A stretch of 64,000 nt of DNA from Rhizodiscina lignyota (Eukaryota): NCBI GenBank assembly GCA_010015805.1, contig ML978124.1:1860001-1924000 (forward strand), read 5' to 3'. The notes below the pieces were generated by a model, which was not told the origin of the DNA, did no database searches, and worked only from the letters and a program-made list of their open reading frames with translations. The translations under genes were made by a program, and so were the position numbers. This document shows positions 50,123-62,222 of the stretch, piece by piece. Within the stretch, counting starts at the first letter, position 1, and each line of letters opens with the position of its first letter.

Positions 50123-52190
50123 TTAGCGGTAACCTACAGGCATCTGTGAAGCCCCGTTTGCCGCTCGCGGAGCTCCATTGCCATTGCTCAGCCGTCCATT
50201 CATCGCCTCCATCTTTGCGAAGATGTCGTACAGCTTGCCCATCGTCTCCGTCATCTTGACCAATGTCTCATTCGTGCGCGCCAACAGCTCGTTGGTTCTC
50301 GCAAGGCTGTCGTCTTTCGCCCTTTCCCGTTCGGCCTCGTGCTCCTGTGCGACAGCGCCGTTGGCCGCTGCCGAGCTGACGATTGCTGCAGTAGGTGCCT
50401 TGTCAAAGTATGCCTTGTATAGCGCGTCGATCTCGCTCTCGTAGAGCTTCAGGGTCCGGCCCCTCACCACGGTTCCCTTGCTCGCGCGATCAAATGGTTT
50501 GGCCGATGTAGCGAGCAACACCATCTCTTTCCTAATGAAGGCATGCTTGGGTGCGTCCAGGTTCGCAGCATGGATCGTCGGCCACACTTTCTCAAGCAAT
50601 TCCTCGTATCGTTTCGGGTCGTCTGTCGGCACTGGCTCTGTGAGCTCAAGCAGTAGCGAAGCACAGGGCCTCATAGAGCCAGCCATCAGTGCGCCCCTTA
50701 TTATCGGATTGGAGACCATGGATTCCTCATACGCCAAAGGGTTGTACTTTCCAGCATTTGCGAACGCAATCAAATCATCCGTCCTGCTCTCAAATTTCCA
50801 CCGATGTGATTGTTTCGGATCTGGATGTCTCGATAGCAAGTCTTTCGACGGATACTCAGTGAACTGTGGGAAAGTTTTCCAGACGGCGTGTAGGTCCTCT
50901 GTCTCGGGCATGCGAACGTACACCAGCTCGAAGATACCTGGTGACCGCTCGCGGAACTCGATACCTGGCTGATTCGGCATGAAGTGAAATGTATCCCACT
51001 CGTGGCGTTCTTCAGGATTGTTGAAGAATTGGAGACCCGAGAAATGGCACTCGGTAGAGCCAAGAAGAGTTTGGATGTGCGTCACTTTTGAGATTGCGTC
51101 GCCGGCTGCCTTGTCCACAGGACCTAGCAGAAAGAGAGACTGATTAGCACTGAGATTCCCACTTATGGATCCTTAAACAATATAGCCTGGCAGCCCTCGT
51201 CGGCCATTTGGCTAGAATAAAGAATGGGGTAAGGGAAAGACAGCTCTTACCGCCACCGAAAAGGACCCAATCCATCTTCGCCAGATATTCCATGCCCTCC
51301 TTCGATTTTGCAAGTTCCATCATTGGCGCTGGGATTGAGAGCATGTTCTTGATGTTCGCATGTTTCATCACATCCAGCACTACGTCGCCCATTGGTGGTA
51401 GATGAGGTGGTCCAAAGACCACGCATACATTAGCGTAGACCGTGACTCCGAAGCCGGCAATCAATCCACCGACGTGGAACGGCGGGAATGAGACGTAGAG
51501 TCTTCTTCCCGGCACACGGCAAATCTCGGATAGGAGCTGTCTGTGGCCCATAAACTCCGGCAAGTACGCAGCTTCGCTGCCGCATGCTACGAATGCATGG
51601 GTGACGTGGATTGGCTTCGGCATACCGGTGCTGCCCGAAGTGTGCAGTATGCAAAGAGGCTTCGTCTTGATTTCCTCCCACGTCTTTGTGAAGGGGTAAT
51701 GTGGTGGTTCCGGGCCTCTGGGATCCAGAATCTCTTCCAGCGTTGGCGATAGAATGAGCTTCACATCCCTTCCACCAACAATCTGTTTCGGGTCTATGGC
51801 GCTGTCGTAGATGAGGGTCTTGCACTCGGTGTGGTCAAAGAGATTGAGATGCATAGGCAGACTGTTTCGTGGCGCCGATAATAAGAGCGTGTGGCCGAGC
51901 TTTTGGAGCGCCATGTTAACAAAGTGGCAGCGCGGATCCTGCACGCCGACATAGCAAACTGTGCTGAGCGAATTCGATTCATTTCGGCCAATTTGCTGCT
52001 CGATGAGTACGCAATAGCGGTTTATCGCTCGGGCGACTTCAGGAAATGCAACATCCCTGTATCCCTGAGACAGATCTGTTGCGACCTTGGGAACCGAACA
52101 GTAGAGGCGAGTCGGCTCATTCTTTGCGATTTCGTCGAAAAGCCATGGCAACGGCTCACGAATGCGCCTCGTCTTTGCCGGAATAGACAT
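50123..52190 (-). CDS. NRPS-like/CAR-type adenylation enzyme without T and reductase domains; intron 51250-51124
   Basis: LSAPRNS, LHTSGSTGMPKP, FPPFHVGG, GGGP, LGSTE, SKDLLSRHP, SRTDDLI..GKYNP, KPFDRASKGTVVRG..YESEIDALY, then ~95-aa tail. Confidence 0.9.
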
Positions 52191-54212
52191 GCTGGGCAGG
52201 CCTTTGGTTGACTTGCGATTTCTAGAGATTAGGAAAATGGGCGTCCAGACAGAGGGAGATGTACGAAATGAGCAGTGACTGAAAGGAGAGAATGTAGAGG
52301 CAAGAGCGAGAGATGGTTAAGATAGATATATACGGAGGAGTCATGTCAGCTCTCATTCAAGCGGCAGATAGTGCAATGAGGAAACATGTCGCCTGCTGAA
52401 CGGTGTATAAGGCTCACGACGCGCTTAGCGTCACGTCCCTGCTATTGCTTACGGCAGACCAGGGAAGATGTCCACCATGTAGCGAATAAAACCCTCCACG
52501 CTACTCGCATTGACCAGCAGGACTATGCCAGGTGTCGGCAGAACCCAATCGCGTAGGCGGCTGAATGGGCAGGAGTGGGATTCCTCTTCAGCTTCATGGA
52601 AGTTAGAGGAAGGTGTGGCGTGGATGCGACCGGAGATGGTCGCAACTCGCAAGCAGGCCCGGATGAGGTGAGGTAGGACATCAAAATGCGCTGCCAATAC
52701 CGTCGCAGAATAACTCGGGACGGGGGTAGAGCATCTCCGCCCTCGTCGCAAGGTTTATGCCGACAGTGGAGCTTCGCAGAATGGAAAGTACGCTATGGCA
52801 AGCAACAAGGAGAGTCCTACACTCGGTGTTTTCGACGCGAAGTAGGAGTGGAGGTTTCCGCTCGGGAGGCAAGGGAAATGGTGGCTGGACCCTTTCTCTG
52901 TAAATGATTTGGGGTCTCTAAATTAAACTCGCACACTTGTCAGCCTTATACAACTTCGGCCCGACCCAGCAATGCCAATAGGATGTCGTGTAGACAGCAA
53001 AAAAGCGCTGTTAAATGTGGAAGTTTGCGCGGTCAGGCCACCACCCCCGTAGACGCTTGGTGTCGGCCGACCATCCGGCAAGGTGGTAGCGACCCAGTAA
53101 GCTCTTCATTGACGCGGAATATTACATCTAATACAAAGACAAGGAGTATGTTGACCCAGAATGTTGCGCAGAACCCTTTCTAGAAGCCTTCTGAGGCGTT
53201 ACATGGCCGCCCAGTCAGCATCCCAGGCAGTTGTCTCAACCCTCGGCAAGCGACTTGCGACTTGGCGACACCGCCACAGGAAGTTTGGAATCGCGTCGCA
53301 GTCATCTTGTACGCTGCTGTTGTAGATCGGTTCATGGGCCAGACCCAAATCGTATGCAAGTGCTCTTACTACTTTCGGCACGATAGCCTTTCTCCGATCC
53401 TCGCAGACTCAAGGCCATAAGTCTCTCGAAGCTCTCTACGAAATGGATACGGGCAGACTTGTGCCGGTACTCATGAATGTAGAGCTAATCCGGAGAACAC
53501 CGTGTTAGTCACAGTGAGATGAGTGCAGCATGAGAGATGATACTCAGGATAAACGCCGATGGGATAGAGGCTGCCAACGATGTATCTCTGATGAGATGAG
53601 ACTCTTCTCCGACTTGTTGGACTGCATTGAGGTAGCATCGGCAATCTCTCGTCAACAGAAGGCGACGAAATATTGCCTAAGAGATGGCTAAAGTCATACA
53701 GCATACATTCTGTAAGGATTCGTTGCGTCCATGTTTTCTCAGCATTCGGCAACTATCCTTTCCCTGAAACGCATGACCGCGTAGCAGAGGCGAATAGGGG
53801 TGCAATATCAACGTAAGCCTTATCGCGCTTCATTTTCCTTGTACCACCTTTTTAATCATGGAGATTTTTCGCATCTTGGCTTGGAGGTCTTTCGGCGCAA
53901 GAAAGTGGTAGGTCTCCGAGCGGAGAACATATCCAGGTCAGCTAGAATTCCACTTCCGCAGCCAACTCCGCAAAGCACTGAAATTCTCAATAGAATCACT
54001 CCAGACTTGTTCACCAAACACATTGCTACTCGTTGGCTAGAGGCAGAAATTCTTCGAAAAGGGAGTGGGCCCCTTGGTGGAACCGTTCATTTCGCCCATC
54101 CTAATTACACGGCAAACAAGGAGTAGAGACGCCGGATCATTAACTACCATCCATATCGATACCTTTGGATTACCTGTTATTCAATCCAGAGAAATTCCCG
54201 TTATGAAACTTG

Positions 54213-56609
54213 TTAATAGGCAACCATGCTACTCAAGCCATCGAGCTCCCTGTCCCAGTTCTTGTGCTGCGAAATGGCAAAAGTGTATGCATCGACGAAC
54301 TCTTTCGCGCCCTTCGCCATCTGGACTGCCTCCTTGAATGACTCTGGTTTCACGCTACTGGCTGTAACGACACCATAAGAGTCAACAACGTCACCACTTT
54401 CACTGAACTTCACACCCGGTAGCTCGCACGCGTCCTTGATGAACGACACCGCCTCACCAGTCGCGCCGATGGCTTTGAGATGGCCAAAGGCTTCGCGCAC
54501 CCAGTGGAGAGCGCGACCGTTCTTGCGTAACGTGGCAATCGAGTCTGCACCGCCAGGGACGAAGATGGAGTCGAACATTGTGCTGCGCATGCCCTCGAGA
54601 TGATGGTCCGGCTTGACTCCCTTGCCGGAGTCTTTGCTCTCGCCCGCTGCGAAGATGGGGGTACGTCGGGGAGCAATGGTGAAGGGAAGAGCTTGAGCCG
54701 AGGCCAAAGCCGCCTTCATGCCATTGTATGCGACGGGGTCATAGCCATCTGCGATAATGATGGCCACTCTACGGGTCGCAATGGTTGGCTCTTTGGGCAT
54801 GTACTCCAGCTGACTGAGACCCTTGGCTTTCTTCCCGTGATTCTGCTTTCCTGCTTTCTGTGGCACTGGGGCGCCGACCAGCTCGGCTACTTGTTGCGCC
54901 AAGCTGAGGTCAATGTCTGTAAGACGCTCACAGATGCGCTCATACACAAGCTGGTCCTCGCAATGATCAAGCTCAAATGCCAGCGCTGCAGCGATGTGGC
55001 TCTGCTCTACCTTCGACAGCGAGTTGTAGAACAGCTGGGCTTGGTTGAAATGCTCGCCAAACTTCTTGCTCTGCATCCGCTTCTTAATCCCCGCAACCTT
55101 CTCCGGATAATCAACGTATGCTCCTTCAGACGGTTTGGCCGGCGGGACAGCGCCAAAGCGGTTAGGCCAGTAATTGACGGTGCCACGTGTGATTGTGTGC
55201 CGGAGCTGGCCATCACGGTTATTGTTCATGACAGGACAGACGGGACGATTGATTGGGAGCTCCTGCCAGTTGACACCCAAACGCGAGAGCTGCGTGTCGA
55301 AGTAAGAGAAGTTACGGCCCTGCAGGAGAGGGTCATCCGAGAAACCGATACCAGGAACGACGTGTGAAGTGCAGAACGCGACCTGCTCCGTCTGAGGGAC
55401 TGTATGTATACCGTCAGTGATGGACCATTTGAAGACCTGATGGGAAACTCAAGCGAGGTCGGCAGTGAAGCACTCACAGTATTCATCCGGGTTGCGGTTC
55501 AGCTCAAGCTCGCCAATATAGCGTATGGGCACCAGTTCCTCCGGCCAAACCTTCGTTGCATCGAGGATATCGAATTCGAAGTCATTCTCCTTTGACTCTG
55601 GTATTGTTTGGATGCCGAATTTCCACTTGGGGAAAGCTTTGTTGTCGATGGCCTCCCAGAGATCCTTGCGATGGAAGTCCGGATCCTGTCCAGCAAGCTT
55701 AAGTGCTTCATCCCAGACGAATGAATGTACACCTAGCTCTGGAGTGAAGATGAACTTGACAAAGTGGCGTTCTCCTTTGTCGTTTGTGAGGGTGAACGTG
55801 TTGACACCAAAACCCTGCATCATCCGATAGGACCGCGGGATACCTCGATCAGACATTGCCCACATGAACATGTGAGTGGCTTCAGTGTGCAAGTACTGGA
55901 AGTCCCAGAAATTGTTATGCGCGGTCTGGGCTTGAGGCACTTCCATGTGGGGTTCCGGCTTGCCAGCATGAATGACATCGGGGAACTTCATCGCGTCCTG
56001 AATGAAAAAGACTGGAATATCGTTGCCGACTATGTCCCAATTCCCCTCATCGGTGTAGAACTTGATCGCAAAGCCACGAACATCACGGACCGTGTCAGCA
56101 CTACCTCGACTACCGAGCACAGTCGAGAATCGAAGGAAGAGAGGAGTTTCGCGATTCGTGTCTGTAAGAATGCCTGCATTCGTTACGTCCGAGGCGCTCT
56201 CGTGGAGTCTGAATGTGCCGAATGCGGCTGCTCCCCTAGCATGGACGACCCTTTCTGGGATACGCTCGTGATCAAATCGGTGAATCTGGTTTCTCGAGTT
56301 AGAACCATGTTATGCCAATGTGGGACTTGTAGCTTGTTACCTTCTCCCTTCCGAATGGATCTTCCAGGAGCATCGGACCTTGTTTGTCCTCGCTCACCAC
56401 GCGGAGCCATGCATCAGTGTTCTCTTGCTTGACCTGTACAGCATTAAACTACCAAACATCCACCAGCAAATTGAAGAACATACTCCATAGTCGGAAGTAA
56501 GCTTGTAGTCCTTGCTGTAATCCTTCGTGTCCTTGGCTAGCTGAGCGGCCTTCACATCAGGCTCGCCTCCAAGGGCCTTCTGAATGCCAGACGTAATTCC
56601 AGACGCCAT
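54213..56609 (-). CDS. catA: Large-subunit monofunctional catalase with C-terminal DJ-1-like domain (spore catalase CatA/CAT-1 type), three introns
   Basis: [49 protein letters not shown]-terminal [15 protein letters not shown]; no signal peptide. Confidence 0.95.
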
Positions 56610-58024
56610 TTTGCGCAAGACTGTAAGTCGATGAGATTTGCAGCGTGAAGACGAATTGGAAAGAAGACAATTGAAATAGGAACAACAGCAAAAAGGCAGA
56701 GAGTGAGGTGCATATAGGCAGGTAGATCACTGAATCGCACTCTCAATACTGACCAAACAGTGACGTCGTGATTCAGGGCCGAATCAACATCATTGGACCC
56801 GTGCGCGCTGACACGTTATTCAATTGACACCGTCTCCACAAATATCTAGGCTAGGGCAGCGGTCCGCGGTGTGCAAATGCATTATGGTCGAGCTCATTGT
56901 GATGTAGTTCGCGGAGGTGGCGTTCGGAATTTCCAGAGGCCACATTTGATTGGCTGGACACCAAAAGAGGCTCTTCGTTCGCGTCACAACCGCGTCACAT
57001 TTCCTCAATTCCTTCATCTTCGCCAAATTTTATTGCTGACAATTGTCGGAGGTCTAGAATCCACATAAAGAGCCATCTCCGCGCAAGAGAGGACGACTGT
57101 AACTATGCGCACTCGACTTCTTCACCAATCAGAATATGTAGCCGGCACTTCAAGGCATTGATTCAGGGGCACATCCGTCCAACCTTTTCGATCCCCTCAT
57201 CTAGGAATTTGATATGCTGTGAAGAAGTTTTCTTTCCTATCCGTATTGCTCACTATTCGACTCAGCTTCTTCCACCTCCAAGTATGTTCTCTGATTTGCC
57301 GTTGCGAGATGCTCAGCTCCATTAGTCTACATCAATGAGGAGGCAGAAATTTCGGTATGGGTTCACTTATTATTCGCGGATGAGGCAGGGCCACTCGGCT
57401 TGAAACCCCATAAGAGAAGCCTGGCCAAAATGCGACGATTGATTCTCTCTTTCACATGGCTCCTGGTAGACGGAAAGGTCGAGTACTGCAGTTTCGAAGC
57501 TATGACTGCTATGATGATCCTCAATTGCACAAGCACATAATTATACTGTTATACTTATTGGACTTAAGGAGCCTTTAACGCCATCGAGAGCCTGCGATTC
57601 AGTGCTAACCCAAAGCCCACTTAGCGGACATTTCGGTAACGAAACTCTGTCCTTAAGTGGCAGAGGTAGCGTGCCGAGGTACTTGTTCATGGAGGTATAT
57701 CATTGAAGAGCTGCTAGCTCTTCATATGTCCCTAGGAGCAGCTTTATCAGTGGTGCAAGAGGCCTCTTCAAAGACCGCGGCGTTACGTTGGACCACCTCA
57801 GCCAGCCATTTTGCATCTGAACTCCGCAATCATCGATCTCAGCACTGCCGGTGCGTTGGATGCTTTGGCGGGCTGAGGGCTGAGGCCACTCTCGAGTACG
57901 TAAATGTCACTAGGTTGAGCGCTAGCATATGGGCCGAACCTGATGGACTACCGAACAGTAAATCGCGAAAACGATCGTAGCCCGATGTGGAAGTTATTCC
58001 TGAGTACACACTACCGACCTGAGA

Positions 58025-58046
58025 TGTGTGTGTGTGTGTGTGTGTG
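58025..58046. repeat. (TG)11 microsatellite
   Basis: Read directly. Confidence 0.95.
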
Positions 58047-58432
58047 CCACAGTTGCACAGATTGACATTCAGGAAGTTACCTCGGAAGGCTTTGACGTCT
58101 CCTGACGATTCCTCGCCTGTCAAAAAGCTTGTCATGACAAATTACGTCGCCCGGGGCAGCGACTATATGTCGTTTTCGGCAATTGAAGATGTCTTTACGG
58201 CGTGTCGAATTGTCGAGTTGTCGATCCTCCAAACACAGAAGGAGACGAAGGTCGGTTCCCGAGTAGAGGTAACATCGATTGTCCAACTTCATCTGTGTTC
58301 CACCATTCAATAGTGAGGTCAAGTCATGCGACCTTGGAAATATATGATAGAGTCTTCTATTTTATGCCCCAGTTCTGGCCATGCTCTTTCTCATTTTGTC
58401 TCCATTCACATCCTTCCATCCCTCCAATCAAG

Positions 58433-59833
58433 ATGCATTTCTACTCTCTTGTACTATTTGCGGTGAGCGCAAAGTATGTCTGCGCTTTCCCCTCCCATCT
58501 TTCCGAAGCCATGATTCAGATTCGAAGTGCAAATGAGAGGGAGGCTCTCCCAGAAGGAATATCTGATTGTCCCTTTGCCAAGCGTCAATTGAAAGGCGTG
58601 ACGCCGCCGTTTGATGCGGAGCAACAATATGTGTCCAATCAAGGAGCACACGCTTTCGTCGCTCCATCAGGGAATGACCAACGTGGACCTTGCAAGCCAT
58701 GCCGAGACATCGATATACTCACCTGCTAACGCTTTTTTAGGTCCCGGTCTTAACGCAATGGCAAACCACGGATACCTCCCTCATAATGGGGTTGGAACCA
58801 TTACTGACTTCATAAGCGGATGCCAGGAAGCGTTTGGTATGGGCATCGACCTGGCTAGCTTCCTTGCAATCTACGGTGCAATCTTTGATGGTGACTTCAT
58901 AAGCTATAGCATTGGTGGTCCGTATCCTTCGCTTCTCAATCTCGGCGGTCTCCTGGGGGCGGCGCAAGGATTGTCCCGTTCGCACAACAAGTATGAGGGT
59001 GATGGCTCGCCAACTCGCGGTGACCTGTACCAATAGTAAGCCTCGCACTGCTGGTGAATTCGTGGTCATGCTCAAAGGTCGCCAGTGGCAATGATTACCT
59101 TGTCCAGCTCTCACAGTTCACTGCACTCTACGAAATGGGCCAAGAGAACGGTAACTCCGTCGACCTCACTGTATTAACGAAATACCGCGCACAGCGTTTC
59201 GAGGAGAGCATGGCCAACAACCCGTATTTCTTCTACGCGCCTTTCAGTGGTGTTGTCGTCACTCCCGCCGCTTACTCCTTTATTTACAGGTTTATGGCCA
59301 ACAAGTCTGCAGAGCATCCGACGGGCCTGCTCGACGGTGAGACGCTAAAGTCCTTCTTCAGTATCACAGGCGACTACCCCAATTTCAAGTACACGCCTGG
59401 TCACGAGAAGTTTCCGGACAACTGGTACAAGAGGAACCTGGTCGACTACTACACCATCCCTTATCTGGCCGAAGATGCAGTCACTATGGCACTGGAGCAT
59501 CCCGAATTCCTTTCCATCGGAGGCAACACAGGGAAGACGAACTCGTTCGTAGGAGTTGATCTCGAGGATCTAACTTCCGGCGTGTTCAATGCCGGCAACC
59601 TACTCAAAGGTAACAACGCAATCTGCTTTGGGCTAGAGGCAAGCTTGCAGGAGGCGCCGGACATCCTTTCAGGGCTCTTCTCGGATATCAGCAGTGCGTT
59701 GGCCAAGTTGAGCTCGGCGGTTAATGCTGCAACTGATGGTCTGGGATGTCCCGTATTGGATTCGATCGACAAGGGGCAGTTTTCTCAATATCCGGGCTAT
59801 ACCAAGTTGAAGCCTGATGGGTCGTATTCATGA
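58433..59833 (+). CDS. Secreted heme-thiolate peroxidase/unspecific peroxygenase (EGD-type); introns 58692-58740 (GC-AG) and 59036-59085
   Basis: Signal peptide MHFYSLVLFAVSA..AFP, RGPC/PGLNAMANHGYLP, SHNKYEGDGSPTRGDLY, GHEKFPDNWYKR. Confidence 0.92.
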
Positions 59834-61964
59834 ATAGTCTAATATTGGATCATGAGACGAGCAGTTAACGAGAAATGGCAATGAGACGAGGGAACACGGG
59901 CCGAAAGTCCTTCGGCCCGTTTGACAGATAGCAACTAGTAATAGTCCAGAATAGTTGAAGTAGTTCCGTACTAGTGCGGCGGCTTATATGCACTTGGTCT
60001 AAGGTCCGTCGCCATCTCTCAGCTCAAGGCTAGCCAAAATAATAGATTTTCGGAAAGAGATAGTGTTTACTGCAGATGGCGAGACTGAGAAGCAAGAGAA
60101 ATCCAGAACGCGCAGTGTGTCGAAGTCAAAAACCTGACGCCGCAGCTTTGACGAAGTCCACATGACTGCTGTGTTAGAAGTTCTCCCAAAGACCGAGTCA
60201 AAAAGAAAAGAAAAGATACGCAGCTAACGATAGAATGTGCATTTGACAACATCGCTCTGAAAAGTTGTACAGCAAATGAAGATGTCGAGAAGTATACTTA
60301 CCTCGCCCACTTCTGTAACCCATTCACGAGAGCTCCGCGAACTAACCAGTCGTTCATCTCGCTCGATTCGTAGAGTGCATCAGTCACCTCGAACTGTCCT
60401 CCAGCTTCGCGTTTGAGCAGATGGGGATCTTCATGATTCGTCCTTCAACTTGGCGAAATCTCAATCTTTTCCTTCCGTACCTGTACTTGAATCAGCCGTG
60501 ACACCGCAACTAATTTCGTATTGCACAATTGGCGGGTTCGTGGTAGCATTTCGCTTCTCGGTGAAGAACAGACTCGGTATGCCAATCTGATGAACGACCA
60601 ACATCGTGGCTTGCATAGGGATGATGCCTGTAGACTCTATTTTAGCTTCCACGACCACGCACTCGAAACACTTACCCCTTCAGATGCAGGTGGAGTCACA
60701 CTGTCCGTCCCGTCTCTGGCCATACTGGCAACCCTGAGGACTGCGGGCAATTCCTGCACGAGCGGCTGACGCCTTTTCACATTGGGCGGGAGGGTTACCA
60801 GATTGATGCAGTGCGGACCGCGGGCTATGCGCAGCTTGCATGCCTTAGCGTGCGCGTGGGAATGAGGATGAACTTGGAGGGCCCATTTCGAGCGCCAAAG
60901 ACGTTGAACGTGACCACGAGAAACGGTGCGGCGTTGGGCTGGAGCACACGTAGATCTGCCACAAAAGCAAACATGTGATTTGCTATTTCTTGGCGATGCG
61001 GGCACGGTGCGAGTTGCGGCGATAGTTTATCCATATTGTCAATGATCTTGCGGGACGTACACCGCAGCTATTTCTTGTGCCGGGTTAGGCGCCGCCAACG
61101 AGCTTGGGGAGTGACATTATTCGAAAACGCACACGGCATCGATTGATTGCTTTTTTAGCACCGGTTTGCGATGGATAGCGGCGGCAACTTCCACGCTCAA
61201 GCGCGGTTACTCGGGATATTATGACGCTGGCTGCTTACAGAGAAAAAGCAATCGCCTGCGCATATGTATGTACAAGAAGTGCATGCCAGCAAGGACTCAA
61301 CTGCAGCAATTTGGGCGAGTGGGTCGGTGGGGAAGGATGGCGCGGCACGGCGCGAGACAAGGCCCTTCCATGCGTGGGGAAGGGGATCGTCTCTTTAGGG
61401 CCAGATGAAAAGGGTCTCGACGTTGTGGGGGCACGAAATGGTACATTGGTACATTGGCTTGGCCGAGGTGCAATAGCCGTAAGCACGCCGCTGTCTTACA
61501 CGACCACCGCTCGGGTCTGTGACGTCGAAAGGGGTTTGATGACGAACCAAAGCAGATAAGAGCAGCTTTGTAAGGGATAACGCGAAGACGAATTCAGATT
61601 TAGTGGCAACGCCGGGAGCGCCGGAATAGGTAATCATGTGAGAATCTCTCGACGACGTCATGCCGAATTATAATGGAATTCCATGGAGAATATGTTCATA
61701 GAACTGAACAGAATTACAATTGAGATAGACTGCCAACTCGAATTTATGCCAAACGCTCATTCTCGCCCTGATAGGCACTCAAAAGGGTGTCGGTGCCGAA
61801 CCAATTGATTGCGCCCGTGAAAGCCATGCCATAAACCACCAAACGCAATATGCAGTATGCATCAAGACGCAATCCTAATCCACTGTACCAAAGTTGTCGA
61901 AACGCCGTCATTGAAGTCGTGATGTTGCTCAATTGTGTTTCGCGGCGGTGAGGCTGTGTGTTGT

Positions 61965-62222
61965 TCAGTCGGCATAGTCGCTGGAGCCTGGCTCGCCGCC
62001 GAAGTGGACGGGACCAAGCTTAAGGAATCGAAGCCCCTTCAGCTCGTCACTGGAGGAGCTGGAAATGCTCAAGGACCTCTTGAGCACCTCATCGACCTGA
62101 GCTGCGTTGGGAGTTGCGGGAACGGCGGCTGTTCTCGCAGGGGAGCCAACGGGAGAGGTGGGGTAGGAGCTCGACTGAATTGGAGCAAGTTGGAGGAACG
62201 GGTTCGTGATAGAGGCAGGCAT
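61965..62222 (-). CDS. Small Ser/Pro-rich fungal protein (85 aa)
   Basis: ATG ORF after a CT-rich leader; KRSLSISSSSS..RFLKLGPVHFG resembles a motif in small ascomycete hypotheticals; codons mostly C/G-ending. Confidence 0.7.
   Translation of the reverse strand: MPASITNPFLQLAPIQSSSYPTSPVGSPARTAAVPATPNAAQVDEVLKRSLSISSSSSDELKGLRFLKLGPVHFGGEPGSSDYAD

Noticed and set aside
53200..54126. Protein-like fragments between the A-domain gene and catalase
   Set aside because: No recognisable motif or consistent exon chain; cannot support even a pseudogene call.
60294..60303. ATACTTACCT resembling the U1 snRNA 5' end
   Set aside because: No U1 stem-loops or Sm site follow; it is the reverse complement of a splice donor.
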